Positions 26,079 through 36,170 of a stretch of 64,000 bases of DNA are shown piece after piece (positions within the stretch are counted from its first letter, which is position 1; every line of letters starts with the position of its first letter). Origin of the DNA: Alphaproteobacteria bacterium (GTDB lineage: Bacteria; Pseudomonadota; Alphaproteobacteria; Micavibrionales; UBA2020); contig DAOMYX010000001.1 in the NCBI GenBank assembly GCA_035437825.1, forward strand, positions 38,986 to 102,985, given 5' to 3'. Made by a program: the position numbers and the translations under genes. The notes beneath the pieces are model-generated. The model was not told the origin of the DNA and searched no databases. It saw only the letters and a list, made by a program, of their open reading frames with translations.

Positions 26079-26810
26079 ATGACGTTTAACATGTATGGAA
26101 GCGGCGGCGTCGGCCGCCATCGCCGCCAACAGCAAAAAGCACGCCGCAAGGCGATGATGGTTGTGATATTCCTTGTCGCGTTGGCGGGGGCGTCGTTTTG
26201 GTGGGGGGCGGAAACCGAACGCACCAGCCAGCAGGCGTTCAAGGAAAAAGCGCGCGAGCTGGAAAAACAGCGCGCGGGGCTTGAAAGCATGATAACCAAC
26301 CTGCGCTCCGAAGTGCAATCGACGCAGGTGCGTTACCAACAGCTGGAAACGAAATACCAGCAGGAAGTGCCGCAGGGCGAGTTTAAAAACCTGACCGACC
26401 TTGTACGCAAACAGCTGGGCGCGGGTATCAAGCCGGAGCGTCTGGCATTTGTTATCGAAGCCGCGCGTCCGCCGAAAAATTGCAGCGAGCCCTCGGTCAA
26501 ACGCTTCGTGGTCAAAACGCCCGTTTATAACGGCCCGCATGGCACCGTCAGCTTCGGCAACGGCGTTGTGACCGTCACGGGCGAGGGCGAAGCCGCAACC
26601 AATTCCAACAGCATGCCCGAAGCATGGTACGACCCGGGCAAGCCGGTCAAAATTGTATTCATCGAAATCGGCGGCAAACGCACGGTGAAAGAAGGTCTTC
26701 TCCCTGTGCAGCATTCGCTGGTTATCGGCAACAAGGAATACCGCTTCACGGTGGCGGCGGGCGACCGCTCCTTTATCAGCGTCACGTCAGACAACTGCGA
26801 TTATCCCTGA
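26079..26810 (+). CDS. membrane-anchored protein with coiled coil and beta-rich C-terminal domain, unknown function
   Basis: AGGAG before the ATG. TM helix MMVVIFLVALAGASFWW, a heptad region, and two Cys near the C-terminal domain. Confidence 0.55.
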   Translation: MTFNMYGSGGVGRHRRQQQKARRKAMMVVIFLVALAGASFWWGAETERTSQQAFKEKARELEKQRAGLESMITNLRSEVQSTQVRYQQLETKYQQEVPQGEFKNLTDLVRKQLGAGIKPERLAFVIEAARPPKNCSEPSVKRFVVKTPVYNGPHGTVSFGNGVVTVTGEGEAATNSNSMPEAWYDPGKPVKIVFIEIGGKRTVKEGLLPVQHSLVIGNKEYRFTVAAGDRSFISVTSDNCDYP

Positions 26811-26934
26811 AAAACAGCGGGTTTTAGGTATTCATGCACCGCGCTGTACTTGGCGGCGGGTTGACGTGCGCCTTTTGGTTATGGCAAAATTCAGCATCAT
26901 TTGAATTTGTTTTTAAAAAGCGCGGGGAGCCGTC

Positions 26935-27387
26935 ATGATACGTCCGCAAGACCACGATAATTTGCTTTCGATGTTGCAGCATTTGCACCGCCGCGAACAG
27001 CACAGTGCTGCTGCGATGGGGCGCGAGGCGCTTGATTTCTCCGCGCAGGCAGAAAGTCTTGCGCGTGTGGCGGAAGCGGTGGAGAGCAAAAATCAGTGGG
27101 TGCTGAAAGACACGGACGCCAGCGCGCTTGCCTTTGCCTATAACCGTCTTATCCACGTTTTCGGCGTCAAGCCGCAGGAAGAATTCATGCAAGCGGCGCG
27201 CGAGTCATTCAAGCGTGTCGAAGATGCCATCTGGCCGTCCGGCCTGCGCCGCCCCGCCGATATGCAGCGATTGCTGAATGACGGGCTGGAGCCTGCGCCT
27301 GTACCAAGCCTTAGTGCTGGGTCTCAATCGCCTCGCGTATCACGTCAGGGTTATCCGCAAACACGCCATCGACCCCCCAGCGCATAA
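26935..27387 (+). CDS. hypothetical protein (150 aa)
   Basis: GGGGAG lies 5 nt before the ATG, and the body has protein-like composition. The last 77 nt overlap the convergent ugpQ 3' end, so the true extent is uncertain. Confidence 0.35.
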   Translation: MIRPQDHDNLLSMLQHLHRREQHSAAAMGREALDFSAQAESLARVAEAVESKNQWVLKDTDASALAFAYNRLIHVFGVKPQEEFMQAARESFKRVEDAIWPSGLRRPADMQRLLNDGLEPAPVPSLSAGSQSPRVSRQGYPQTRHRPPSA

Positions 27388-28060
27388 GTTCCCGCGCCAG
27401 TTCGGTATCGTTGATGGTGTAGGCGAGGAGGGGCTTTTGCAGCTCGATATAATCCTCGACCTCTTCACGCGTCGCGGTATTGCCGTTGATGTTTAGCGTG
27501 GCAATGTCCAGATATTCGGCAATCTCGCGCCAGTTTTCGTGGTGTTCGTCCAGCAGCAGCGCGCGCGGCCATTCGGGTATCATATCCATCGTGGTTTCAA
27601 GGCTGACGTGCTGGAAGCTGGAAATCAGCGGTTGCGGCCCGTCTTCGCTCCAGATACGCGAGGCGATGTCGAGCGCGATTTCCGCGGTTTCTTTTTCGCG
27701 CCCGGCGCAGGGCTTAAGCTCCAAGTTGAGGCCGAGCCCGCGTTCGATAACGACGTTGAGCGCATCTTCGAGCGAGGGAATTTTCTCCCCGATAAAGCTG
27801 TCGCCGTACCATGAACCGGCGTCCAGTTCCTGCACGTCTTTCCAGTCCATATCCTTGATAAGCGCATCGACGCCCGCGCAGCGCAGCAGGCTTTCGTCGT
27901 GGAAAATCACGGCGGTGCCATCGCGCGTCAGCTTCACGTCCAGCTCCACCCATTCGATGCCGAGGTCGGCGGCGGCGTGGATGGACGACAGCGTGTTCTC
28001 GGGCGCGTAAGCAGCGGCGCCGCGGTGGCCGATGACTTTGGGGATGAGCAGGGAAGACAT
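27311..28060 (-). CDS. ugpQ: glycerophosphodiester phosphodiesterase
   Basis: VIGHRGAAAYAPENT, IEWVELDVKLTRDG, FHDE motifs. Confidence 0.85.
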   Translation of the reverse strand: MSSLLIPKVIGHRGAAAYAPENTLSSIHAAADLGIEWVELDVKLTRDGTAVIFHDESLLRCAGVDALIKDMDWKDVQELDAGSWYGDSFIGEKIPSLEDALNVVIERGLGLNLELKPCAGREKETAEIALDIASRIWSEDGPQPLISSFQHVSLETTMDMIPEWPRALLLDEHHENWREIAEYLDIATLNINGNTATREEVEDYIELQKPLLAYTINDTELARELMRWGVDGVFADNPDVIREAIETQH

Positions 28061-28094
28061 GCGTTTATCCTTGTGTAGCGGGGGCGTGAGGCGG

Positions 28095-28130
28095 AAACAA
28101 AAAGCGCGGGTGGATATTCACCCGCGCCTT
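28095..28130 (-). terminator. rho-independent terminator after pnp
   Basis: GCGCGGGTG-GATATT-CACCCGCGC (9-bp stem). On the minus strand it is followed by CTTTTTGTTT. Confidence 0.7.
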
Positions 28131-28152
28131 TGTTGTTGTCAATTCGGCAGGC

Positions 28153-30270
28153 TTAGACAGCTTCTTTTTTCTCAGGAGCTTCCTGCAGTGCCTTGATGGA
28201 CAGCTTGATTTTGCCGCGCTCATCCAGACCGATGCATTTGACTTTTACCTTGTCGCCTTCTTTCAGGACTTCGTCGACCGTCTTGACGCGGCGGTGGGCG
28301 AGTTCGGAGATGTGCACAAGGCCGTCCGTCTTCGGCATGATGTTCACGAAAGCGCCGAATTCGACGACTTTAACGACGGTACCGTCGTAAACCGCGCCGA
28401 TTTCCGGCTCGGCCGTGATGCCTTTAATCCAGTCGATGGCTTTCTTGATGGAATCCGCGTTGACGGCGGCAACCTGCACGGTGCCATCGTCTTCGATGTC
28501 GATTTTCGCGCCGGTCTGCGCAACGATTTCGCGGATGACAGAACCGCCGGAGCCGATAACTTCGCGGATTTTGTCTTTCGGGATTTTAATCGTCACGATT
28601 TGCGGTGCGTTGGACGACAGGTTTTCACGCGCGCCCGTCAGTGCCTTGGCCATTTCGCCAAGGATGTGCTGGCGGCCGTCGTGTGCCTGGTTCAGCGCAA
28701 TCTTCATGATTTCTTCGGTAATCGAAGTAATCTTGATGTCCATCTGCAGTGCGGTAATGCCTTCGGACGTGCCGGCGACTTTGAAGTCCATGTCGCCAAG
28801 GTGGTCTTCGTCACCGAGGATGTCGGACAGAACGGCGAATTTCGCGCCTTCCTTGATAAGACCCATCGCGATACCCGCAACCGGCTTTTTCAGCGGAACG
28901 CCCGCGTCCATGAGGGCGAGGGAAGAACCGCACACCGTTGCCATGGAGGAAGAACCGTTAGATTCGGTAATTTCCGACACAAGGCGGAGGGTGTAGGGGA
29001 ACTGCTCTTTCGCCGGCAGCATCGGGTGTACGGCGCGCCATGCCAGTTTGCCGTGGCCGATTTCGCGGCGGCCCGGGCCGCCCATGCGGCCGGTTTCACC
29101 GACGGAGTAGGGAGGGAAGTTGTAGTGCAGCATGAAGGTTTCTTTGTATTCGCCTTCGAGGCTGTCGATGATTTGCTCATCATCGCCGGTACCCAGCGTC
29201 GCCACAACCAGCGCCTGCGTTTCACCACGGGTGAACAGCGCGGAGCCGTGTACGCGCGGCAGAACGCCGACTTCGGACAGGATGCTGCGGATTTTCTTGG
29301 TGTCGCGGCCATCGATACGCAGGCCGGTATCCAGGATGCCGCCGCGAACGATGTCGGCTTCGGCTTCCTTGCAGAGGTTTTTCACCAGCTGTTCGGTAAT
29401 CGGGCTGCCTTCTTCGCCGGTGACGAGGGCTTCAACAGCCTTTTTGCGGGCAGCGTCCAGTTTGGATACGCGTTCCTGTTTCAGCTGGGTTGCGTAGGCT
29501 GCTTTGAAATCCGCGCCGACGAGGTCGATGATCTGCTTTTTAACAGCGTCGTGGTCGTAGGCGGGCTTGGCCAGTTCCCACGGCTCTTTCGCGCATTGTT
29601 CAGCGAAATCGATGATGGTGTTAATCAGCGGCTGGAAGCCTTTCCAGCCGAACATGACAGCTTCGAGCATCAGTTCTTCGGACAGTTCCTGCGCTTCGGA
29701 TTCAACCATCAGAACGCCTTCTTGCGTACCCGCAACGACGAGGTCGAGCGTGCTGGTTTTCATCTGTTCGGACGTGGGGTTCAGCACCAGCTGGCCATCA
29801 ACGTAGCCAACGCGCGCCGCGCCAACGGGGCCCATGAAGGGAACGCCCGAAATGGTTAGTGCGGCAGACGACGCCACCAGCGCTACGATGTCTGCATCGT
29901 TTTGCAGGTCAACGGACAGAACGGTCGCCAGAACTTGCGTTTCGTTCAGGAATCCTTTGGGGAACAGCGGGCGGATGGGGCGGTCGATGAGGCGGGAAAC
30001 CAGCGTTTCCTTTTCGGTCGGACGGCCTTCGCGCTTGAAGAAGCCACCGGGGATTTTACCGGCTGCGAAAGTTTTTTCCTGATAGTGAACAGTCAGGGGG
30101 AAGAAATCCTGGCCGGGCTTTGCCGTTTTCGCGGCGACAGCAGTTGCAAGAACCGTGGTCTCGCCATAGGTCGCCATGACGGCGCCATCAGCCTGGCGGG
30201 CAACTTTGCCGGTTTCGAGAACCAGCTTTTTGCCGGCCCATTCGATTTCTTTGCGGGTAATATTAAACAT
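28153..30270 (-). CDS. pnp: polyribonucleotide nucleotidyltransferase (PNPase)
   Basis: ORF 28153..30309; I prefer ATG 30270 ([11 protein letters not shown]). Two RNase PH domains, then KH and S1 ([20 protein letters not shown]). Confidence 0.92.
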   Translation of the reverse strand: MFNITRKEIEWAGKKLVLETGKVARQADGAVMATYGETTVLATAVAAKTAKPGQDFFPLTVHYQEKTFAAGKIPGGFFKREGRPTEKETLVSRLIDRPIRPLFPKGFLNETQVLATVLSVDLQNDADIVALVASSAALTISGVPFMGPVGAARVGYVDGQLVLNPTSEQMKTSTLDLVVAGTQEGVLMVESEAQELSEELMLEAVMFGWKGFQPLINTIIDFAEQCAKEPWELAKPAYDHDAVKKQIIDLVGADFKAAYATQLKQERVSKLDAARKKAVEALVTGEEGSPITEQLVKNLCKEAEADIVRGGILDTGLRIDGRDTKKIRSILSEVGVLPRVHGSALFTRGETQALVVATLGTGDDEQIIDSLEGEYKETFMLHYNFPPYSVGETGRMGGPGRREIGHGKLAWRAVHPMLPAKEQFPYTLRLVSEITESNGSSSMATVCGSSLALMDAGVPLKKPVAGIAMGLIKEGAKFAVLSDILGDEDHLGDMDFKVAGTSEGITALQMDIKITSITEEIMKIALNQAHDGRQHILGEMAKALTGARENLSSNAPQIVTIKIPKDKIREVIGSGGSVIREIVAQTGAKIDIEDDGTVQVAAVNADSIKKAIDWIKGITAEPEIGAVYDGTVVKVVEFGAFVNIMPKTDGLVHISELAHRRVKTVDEVLKEGDKVKVKCIGLDERGKIKLSIKALQEAPEKKEAV

Positions 30271-30518
30271 TAGTCTCTTTTCCTTTTTACAAAGTTCCGC
30301 CTCGGTCAAATCACAAACAATAAGGGGCGGCGGAACGCTTTCTTTTTCACCTTATTTTTCACCGTGATACATGCCATTTACGCGCGTCAAAGTCAAGAAT
30401 TTATCCAATATTCTGGCAAATGTAACCGCTTTTCCGGTTGAAAATGATATGGCAAAGCCATAGGCTATCAAAAGCCCGTAAAAACAATTAAAATCAGGGC
30501 CGCACGAGGGAGTGAGCA

Positions 30519-32054
30519 ATGCCGAAAAAACCGCTGGTTCTGTGTATTCTCGACGGCTGGGGGCTCAGCGACAAGGCTGAGTACAACGCGATTGCGCAAG
30601 GGCGCACCCCCAACTACGACCGCCTGTGGCAAACCTGCCCCCATACCACGCTGCGCACCGATGGCCTTGCCGTCGGCCTGCCGGAGGGGCAATTCGGCAA
30701 TTCCGAAGTCGGCCATACCAATATCGGCGCAGGGCGCATTGTTATGCAGGATTTGCCGCGCATCACGCTGGCGGCTGAAGACGGCAGCCTTGCTGTCAAT
30801 CCGGCACTGCGCGATTTTATGGCTGGGTTGAAGCAATCGGGCGGCGCGGCGCATCTGATGGGGCTGGTATCCGACGGCGGCGTGCATGCACATCAAAACC
30901 ATATCGCCGCGCTGGCAAAAATTCTGGACGCGAACGGCGTCAAAACTTTTGTGCATATTTTTACCGATGGCCGCGACACGCCGCCCAACAGCGCGGCGGG
31001 ATATGTTGAAAAATTCATCCGTGATTTGCCGCCGTCTGCGGTTATTGCCACGGTGACAGGGCGTTTCTACGCCATGGACCGCGATAACCGGTGGGAGCGT
31101 GTATCGCAGGCCTTCGATGCCCTCGCGCATGGCAAAGGCATTGCGCAAGCAGATGCGCTGGCCGCGATTCAGGCCGGATATGCGGCGGGGGAGACGGACG
31201 AGTTTATCAAGCCCTGCGTCATCGGCGGCTATGCGGGCATGAAGCCGGAAGACGGTATCCTGAGCGCCAATTTCCGCTCCGACCGTATCCGCGAGATTTT
31301 GCAGGCATTGATTTTTACCGACTTCGACAAGTTTGACCGCGGCGGATATGTGCCCGTCAAAAACACGGCGACCATGACGGTCTATGCCGATTATTTTGCG
31401 CCCTATGTGAAGGTTCTGTTCGCGCCGCAATCCATGGATGATATTTTCGGCGAAGTTGTCGCACGCGCCGGACTGACGCAGCTGCGCGCGGCGGAGACGG
31501 AAAAATACCCGCACGTCACGTTTTTTTTCAACGGCGGGCGCGAACAGCCGTTTGACGGCGAAGACCGCCTGCTTGTCGCATCGCCCAAGGTGGCGACGTA
31601 TGATTTGCAGCCAGAAATGTCGGCGTACGAGCTGACCGAAAAGCTGCTGGAAAAACTGCCGCAGCAGGATGTGGTGATTTTGAACTTCGCCAATCCCGAC
31701 ATGGTCGGCCACACGGGCAGCCTGCCTGCTGCCATCAAAGCCGTGGAGGCGGTGGATACCTGCCTTGGCCGCGTGGCGGATGCTGTTGAAAAGCTCGGCG
31801 GCGTTTTGATTGTCATTGCCGACCACGGCAATGCGGAGCAGATGTTCGACGAAAAAACCGGACAGCCGCATACCGCGCATACGACCAACCCCGTGCCGTG
31901 CATTTTGTTCGGCTACCGCGGCAATCTGGCGCTGCGTCATGGCGGCGTTCTGGCCGATGTCGCACCGACGATGCTGAATATCCTCGGCATCCAGCAACCC
32001 GCCGCGATGGGCGGGCGCAGCTTGCTGGACGTCAAAGATGCGCATGCCGCGTAG
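30519..32054 (+). CDS. gpmI: 2,3-bisphosphoglycerate-independent phosphoglycerate mutase
   Basis: LCILDGWG, NSEVGHTNIGAGR, ADHGNAEQM. Confidence 0.9.
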   Translation: MPKKPLVLCILDGWGLSDKAEYNAIAQGRTPNYDRLWQTCPHTTLRTDGLAVGLPEGQFGNSEVGHTNIGAGRIVMQDLPRITLAAEDGSLAVNPALRDFMAGLKQSGGAAHLMGLVSDGGVHAHQNHIAALAKILDANGVKTFVHIFTDGRDTPPNSAAGYVEKFIRDLPPSAVIATVTGRFYAMDRDNRWERVSQAFDALAHGKGIAQADALAAIQAGYAAGETDEFIKPCVIGGYAGMKPEDGILSANFRSDRIREILQALIFTDFDKFDRGGYVPVKNTATMTVYADYFAPYVKVLFAPQSMDDIFGEVVARAGLTQLRAAETEKYPHVTFFFNGGREQPFDGEDRLLVASPKVATYDLQPEMSAYELTEKLLEKLPQQDVVILNFANPDMVGHTGSLPAAIKAVEAVDTCLGRVADAVEKLGGVLIVIADHGNAEQMFDEKTGQPHTAHTTNPVPCILFGYRGNLALRHGGVLADVAPTMLNILGIQQPAAMGGRSLLDVKDAHAA

Positions 32055-32091
32055 CTGAATTTGAAAACGAATATAAAAGAAAGAAAACAGA

Positions 32092-32799
32092 ATGAAAAAA
32101 GGTACCCTCGTCATCTTCCGTCACGGACAGACGGACTATAACAAAAACCATCTGATGACGGGGCAAACCGACGTGCCGCTGACAGCGCTGGGCGAGGAGC
32201 AGGCGCGCGAAGCCGGACGCCTTATCGAAGGGCTGCGTTTCGACCATGCCTACAGCTCCACATTGTCGCGCGCGTTCAATACCGCCGCGCTGGCACTGTC
32301 GCAAACGACGTCGAACGCGCATCTGAAAAAGCCGGACGGCGCGTGGCATATCGTGCAGGATGCTGACATCATCGAATCCCACACGGGCGATTTTACGGGG
32401 CGCAGCTATCGGCATGACCCCGAAATCCTCGCGTTCCAGCGTGCCTACGACAAGCCGTTGCCGGGCGGCGAAAGCCAGAAACAGGTGGTGGAGCGTGTAG
32501 GGCGTTTCTTTGAGAACGAAGTGTTGCCCAAGCTGGAGCGGGGCGAGAATGTGCTGGTCGTTTGCCACGCGGGTATTGTGCGCGCGTTTGACTTTGTGCT
32601 GGGCACCGAGCATATTCCCGCAGACGGCGGCACCAATCCCAACAAAAAACGCATTCCCAATGCGACGCCGAGCGTCTATGAATATGAAGACGGAAAACTG
32701 ACACGGTTTTTCCAGCTGGACAACCCGAAGGAAAACGATGCGGCCAATCAAAACAAACCTGCTGCGCCCGCGCTGCGCCCGCCCAAAACAGGCGGCTGA
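32092..32799 (+). CDS. histidine phosphatase family protein (dPGM-like)
   Basis: LVIFRHGQTDYN catalytic RHG motif and a later VVCHAGIVRA. Confidence 0.75.
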   Translation: MKKGTLVIFRHGQTDYNKNHLMTGQTDVPLTALGEEQAREAGRLIEGLRFDHAYSSTLSRAFNTAALALSQTTSNAHLKKPDGAWHIVQDADIIESHTGDFTGRSYRHDPEILAFQRAYDKPLPGGESQKQVVERVGRFFENEVLPKLERGENVLVVCHAGIVRAFDFVLGTEHIPADGGTNPNKKRIPNATPSVYEYEDGKLTRFFQLDNPKENDAANQNKPAAPALRPPKTGG

Positions 32800-33658
32800 T
32801 ACGCTGCGTCTTACGCTGGCCGTTCTCACGTTTGTGTTTGCCGTTTTTACGGCCGGGGCGCAGGCGCATGCCGCCGCGCCTGAAAACGTGCGCCATGAAT
32901 TCGTGGCGGGGCGCAATATAATCCTGCCCGCTTTGCCGGGGTACGAAGAAGTCCTTGGCCGCAGCGCCGAATTTGACCAGTTGATGTCTAAATTCGTGCT
33001 GCCGGATAACCGCATGCTGGGCTTTTATATCTCGGATGCCGATATGGCGCGCATGGCCGAGGGCACGGGCGAGGGGTTCCGGCGTTATCTTATCGTGCAG
33101 ACGGTCAAGCAGGCGGTGTTTCTGGACGGCGGCGCGGATTTTGAAAAAATCAAAGCCGCCTTCCGCGAAGAAATGAAAAACATCCAGCCGCAGGAGCTGA
33201 GCGAAGTCGGCGAAGTGATGCGCGAGGCGACGAAATACATCGGCTCCACCTACAACACCGACATGAAAATGAATGTGGGGGAGAACAGCAACCAAGGCGT
33301 TTTTGCGGAGGGGGCGGATTACATCGGCTTCCTGAACCTTTCGCGCCTTGCGATTGAAACAGTGCAGGGTAAAAAGGATTATCCCGCCGCCGTGGCCATG
33401 ATGGCCGTCAATGTGCGCGGGCGGCTGATTTTGGTTTACAGCTATCACAGCAATTACGAACTTTTGTCCGACCTCGACCTCGTTAAAAAAACGGCGCAGG
33501 TCTATGCAGATTTGCTTTTGCAGAAAAACGCGGGCGCAGACAGCAATGCCGTTATCCGGAACATTTTGCTGATTTGTCTGTTGGTTGCGGCGGCGCTGGT
33601 GGCGGGCTGGCTGATTTTGAACCGCCTGCAGGCACGCAAACAGGACAAAGCGGTATGA
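32738..33658 (+). CDS. secreted or membrane-anchored hypothetical protein
   Basis: AAGGAA before ATG 32738. Signal-like LTLAVLTFVFAVFTAGAQAHA and C-terminal TM ILLICLLVAAALVAGWLIL. Overlaps the upstream gene by 62 nt. Confidence 0.5.
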   Translation: MRPIKTNLLRPRCARPKQAADTLRLTLAVLTFVFAVFTAGAQAHAAAPENVRHEFVAGRNIILPALPGYEEVLGRSAEFDQLMSKFVLPDNRMLGFYISDADMARMAEGTGEGFRRYLIVQTVKQAVFLDGGADFEKIKAAFREEMKNIQPQELSEVGEVMREATKYIGSTYNTDMKMNVGENSNQGVFAEGADYIGFLNLSRLAIETVQGKKDYPAAVAMMAVNVRGRLILVYSYHSNYELLSDLDLVKKTAQVYADLLLQKNAGADSNAVIRNILLICLLVAAALVAGWLILNRLQARKQDKAV

Positions 33659-34068
33659 AATTTAAATTTTTCATAGCAATTTTGGCGGCGGCTGCGTTGC
33701 AGGCCTGCACGGCTGCCCCCAAAAAGGCGGAAGACTCGTCACGCCATTACCAGCAGATTAGTGTTATGACGCCCGGTGTGACGGGCGCGCATTGCTTTTT
33801 ACAATCCGGTGATATGACATATACGGCGCGCGCGAATAGCCCCGTTGTCGTGCGCCGTGCGCCGGATGACATGGCGGTGTCCTGTTTCAAGGGCCCCCAC
33901 ATGGCGGGGCATGTTTCGGTGAAGCCGACCGTCGCACCGGTTGAGGCCGCGCGCGTTTTTGCAGACAGGCAGGATTGCGAAAGCTGCACCTATCCCGAAA
34001 GCATCAGTGTCGTGCTGGCGCTGCGCCCGCAGTCGGTCGAAAAAAACAATATCCGCATTATGCAGTAA
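33655..34068 (+). CDS. lipoprotein, unknown function
   Basis: ATGA overlap with the previous stop. MKFKFFIAILAAAALQAC lipobox. Confidence 0.55.
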   Translation: MKFKFFIAILAAAALQACTAAPKKAEDSSRHYQQISVMTPGVTGAHCFLQSGDMTYTARANSPVVVRRAPDDMAVSCFKGPHMAGHVSVKPTVAPVEAARVFADRQDCESCTYPESISVVLALRPQSVEKNNIRIMQ

Positions 34069-34116
34069 AGCCAGTCGTTTGATGGCGGCGGCTCAACCGT
34101 TTTCTGCGCAAGCCTG

Positions 34117-34809
34117 TCAGAGGACGGGTGGCGTGCGGCTTTGCGCAGGTTTTGGCGGTATTAATTTCTTTAGAAAATCAGATAATTCCGTATGATTTTT
34201 AAACCGATGCTTCGGCGGATGCTGGGCGAGAGCCTCTTCCGCTGGCGGCTTGGTTTCAATCAGGATTCCGGTGCAGCCTGCATTCTCCGCTGTTATCATG
34301 TCCGTGAGGCTGTCGCCGATAAAAAGAATGTTTTTTGAGGGGGTTATGTTTGCAGGTTCGAGCGCAAATTGAACGGCAGCGGCGTGCGGTTTATCGGCAG
34401 GGGCATCGCCTGCGCCGACCAAGCGTTTGAAAAAACCGTCCAGCCCCAGCTGCGCCGCTTCGGCACGCAGAAGGGGGCCGCGTTTTGTGCTGACAACCGC
34501 CAGCGGCACGCCCGCAGCGGCCAGCGCCGCCAGCGTTTCGCGTGCGCCATCATGCACGCGGATATGTTCCGATATATTGGCCTGATAGGCGTTGATGTAG
34601 ATTTTGTCCGCTTCCTGCCATTTGTCTTCGCCGAACAACCCGCTGAACAAAACGCGGGCGGGCGGGCCGATGCGTTTGCGCGCCTCGTCTTCGCTCCACG
34701 GTGCATGGCCGAAATGGGCGAGGGTTTCGTTGATGGCCGTGCGTACAACATGCCATGTATCGACGATGGTATCGTCCCAATCGAAAATGACGGCGTCGGG
34801 TTTTTGCAT
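34117..34809 (-). CDS. HAD-IA hydrolase (phosphoglycolate phosphatase-like)
   Basis: ORF 34117..34854; I prefer ATG 34809 (MQKPDAVIFDWDDTIVDT). DxDxT motif, VVSTKR, GDSLTD. Confidence 0.75.
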   Translation of the reverse strand: MQKPDAVIFDWDDTIVDTWHVVRTAINETLAHFGHAPWSEDEARKRIGPPARVLFSGLFGEDKWQEADKIYINAYQANISEHIRVHDGARETLAALAAAGVPLAVVSTKRGPLLRAEAAQLGLDGFFKRLVGAGDAPADKPHAAAVQFALEPANITPSKNILFIGDSLTDMITAENAGCTGILIETKPPAEEALAQHPPKHRFKNHTELSDFLKKLIPPKPAQSRTPPVL

Positions 34810-34864
34810 GCTGGCGTCTCCTTGTCTCTTATTCTGCCGCAAGCGGGGCGGCATTCAAGCAAAG

Positions 34865-34896
34865 AAAAAACCCGCTGTGATAACAGCGGGTTTTTC
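34865..34896 (-). terminator. rho-independent terminator after rpsO
   Basis: ACCCGCTGT-GATA-ACAGCGGGT. On the minus strand it is followed by TTTTTTCTTT. Confidence 0.75.
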
Positions 34897-34916
34897 CGAT
34901 TTCCTGACCTGAAAAA

Positions 34917-35186
34917 TTAGCGACGCAGGCCGAGGCTTTCGATGAGAGCCTCATAGCGGCGGACGTCAACGTTTTTCAGATAGTTCAGCTGGCGGCGGCG
35001 CTGGGAAACCAGCAGCAGCAGACCGCGACGGCTGCCCATGTCATGTTTGTGTTGCTTCATGTGCTCGGTCAGCGCGTTGATGCGCGTGGTGAGCAGGGCG
35101 ACCTGAACTTCGGGCGAGCCCGTGTCTTTTGCGGTGGTCGCGTATTTTTTGATGATTTCAGATTTTTGGTTCTTAGCAATCGACAT
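34917..35186 (-). CDS. rpsO: 30S ribosomal protein S15
   Basis: [16 protein letters not shown]...[11 protein letters not shown]...[12 protein letters not shown]. Confidence 0.92.
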   Translation of the reverse strand: MSIAKNQKSEIIKKYATTAKDTGSPEVQVALLTTRINALTEHMKQHKHDMGSRRGLLLLVSQRRRQLNYLKNVDVRRYEALIESLGLRR

Positions 35187-35201
35187 CGGATACTCCATAA
35201 G

Positions 35202-36134
35202 TCAGAGGTTGAACACTTTAATCGGATGAAGTTCGATACCCTGTTTTTCAAGGATAGCGAGGGGTTTGTTGCCCCCCACGGCCAGCACCAAATCTGTCGC
35301 GTCATCGACGCCGGCCACCATAAGGCGGTCATAATCGGGACGGGAAATGAACTTGAGCGTTTGGCCCTGTCTTATCCGGCTGACCTCTGCGTCTGTCATG
35401 GCCAGAGCCGGGATGTCGTCCAGCACGGTCTCCACAGGCAGCAGAACCTGATCAGCGGGCGCAGATTGCACCATTTTCTCGAATACGTCCAGAGAAATCG
35501 CGTTTTCTTCAGTAAAACCGCCCACGGCAAGGCGGCGCAGGGCGGTCACATGGCCGTAGCAGCCTAAAATCTGCCCCATATCACGCGCGATGGCGCGGAC
35601 ATAGGTGCCCTTGCTGCATTCCATCTCGAAAATCGCTTCTTTTTCAGTGGTTTCGGTGATTTCAAGGCTATAGACCGTCACGGGGCGGGGCTTGATGTCC
35701 ACGGCCTGTCCGGCGCGGGCGAGGTCGTAGGCGCGCTCCCCGTCCAGTTTAATGGCCGAAAATTGCGGCGGAGTTTGCAATATGTCGCCGGTGAACTGCG
35801 GCAGCAGCGCCTCGATATCCGCCCGTGCGGGGCGTTTGTCGGATGTGGCGATAACCTCGCCTTCCTTGTCGTCGGTATTGGTCGCGGCGCCCCATTGCAC
35901 GGTAAAGCGGTACACCTTGTCGGCGTCCTGTGCGTAGGGGATGGTCTTGGTGGCCTCCCCGAGCGCAATCGGCAGGATACCTGTCGCCAGCGGGTCAAGC
36001 GTCCCGGCATGGCCGAGTTTCTGCGCATTGGTCAGGCGGCGCACACGGCCAATCGCCTGCGTCGATGTCAGGCCAAGCGGTTTATCGAGGTTCAGCCACC
36101 CGTGGACGGGAACGCCTTTTTTATTACGAGCCAT
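35202..36134 (-). CDS. truB: tRNA pseudouridine(55) synthase
   Basis: GHAGTLDPLATGILPIALGEATK motif. Confidence 0.9.
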   Translation of the reverse strand: MARNKKGVPVHGWLNLDKPLGLTSTQAIGRVRRLTNAQKLGHAGTLDPLATGILPIALGEATKTIPYAQDADKVYRFTVQWGAATNTDDKEGEVIATSDKRPARADIEALLPQFTGDILQTPPQFSAIKLDGERAYDLARAGQAVDIKPRPVTVYSLEITETTEKEAIFEMECSKGTYVRAIARDMGQILGCYGHVTALRRLAVGGFTEENAISLDVFEKMVQSAPADQVLLPVETVLDDIPALAMTDAEVSRIRQGQTLKFISRPDYDRLMVAGVDDATDLVLAVGGNKPLAILEKQGIELHPIKVFNL

Positions 36135-36170
36135 TTTTGTTTTTCTTTTTATAGGGCGGGGCGCGGGTTT

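Noticed and set aside
30290-30336. A hairpin (GTTCCGCC … GGCGGAAC, 27-nt loop) in the pnp leader as an RNase III autoregulatory site.
   Set aside because: The stem is only 8 bp and the loop is large. This is plausible by analogy with E. coli pnp but is not supported strongly enough by the sequence alone.
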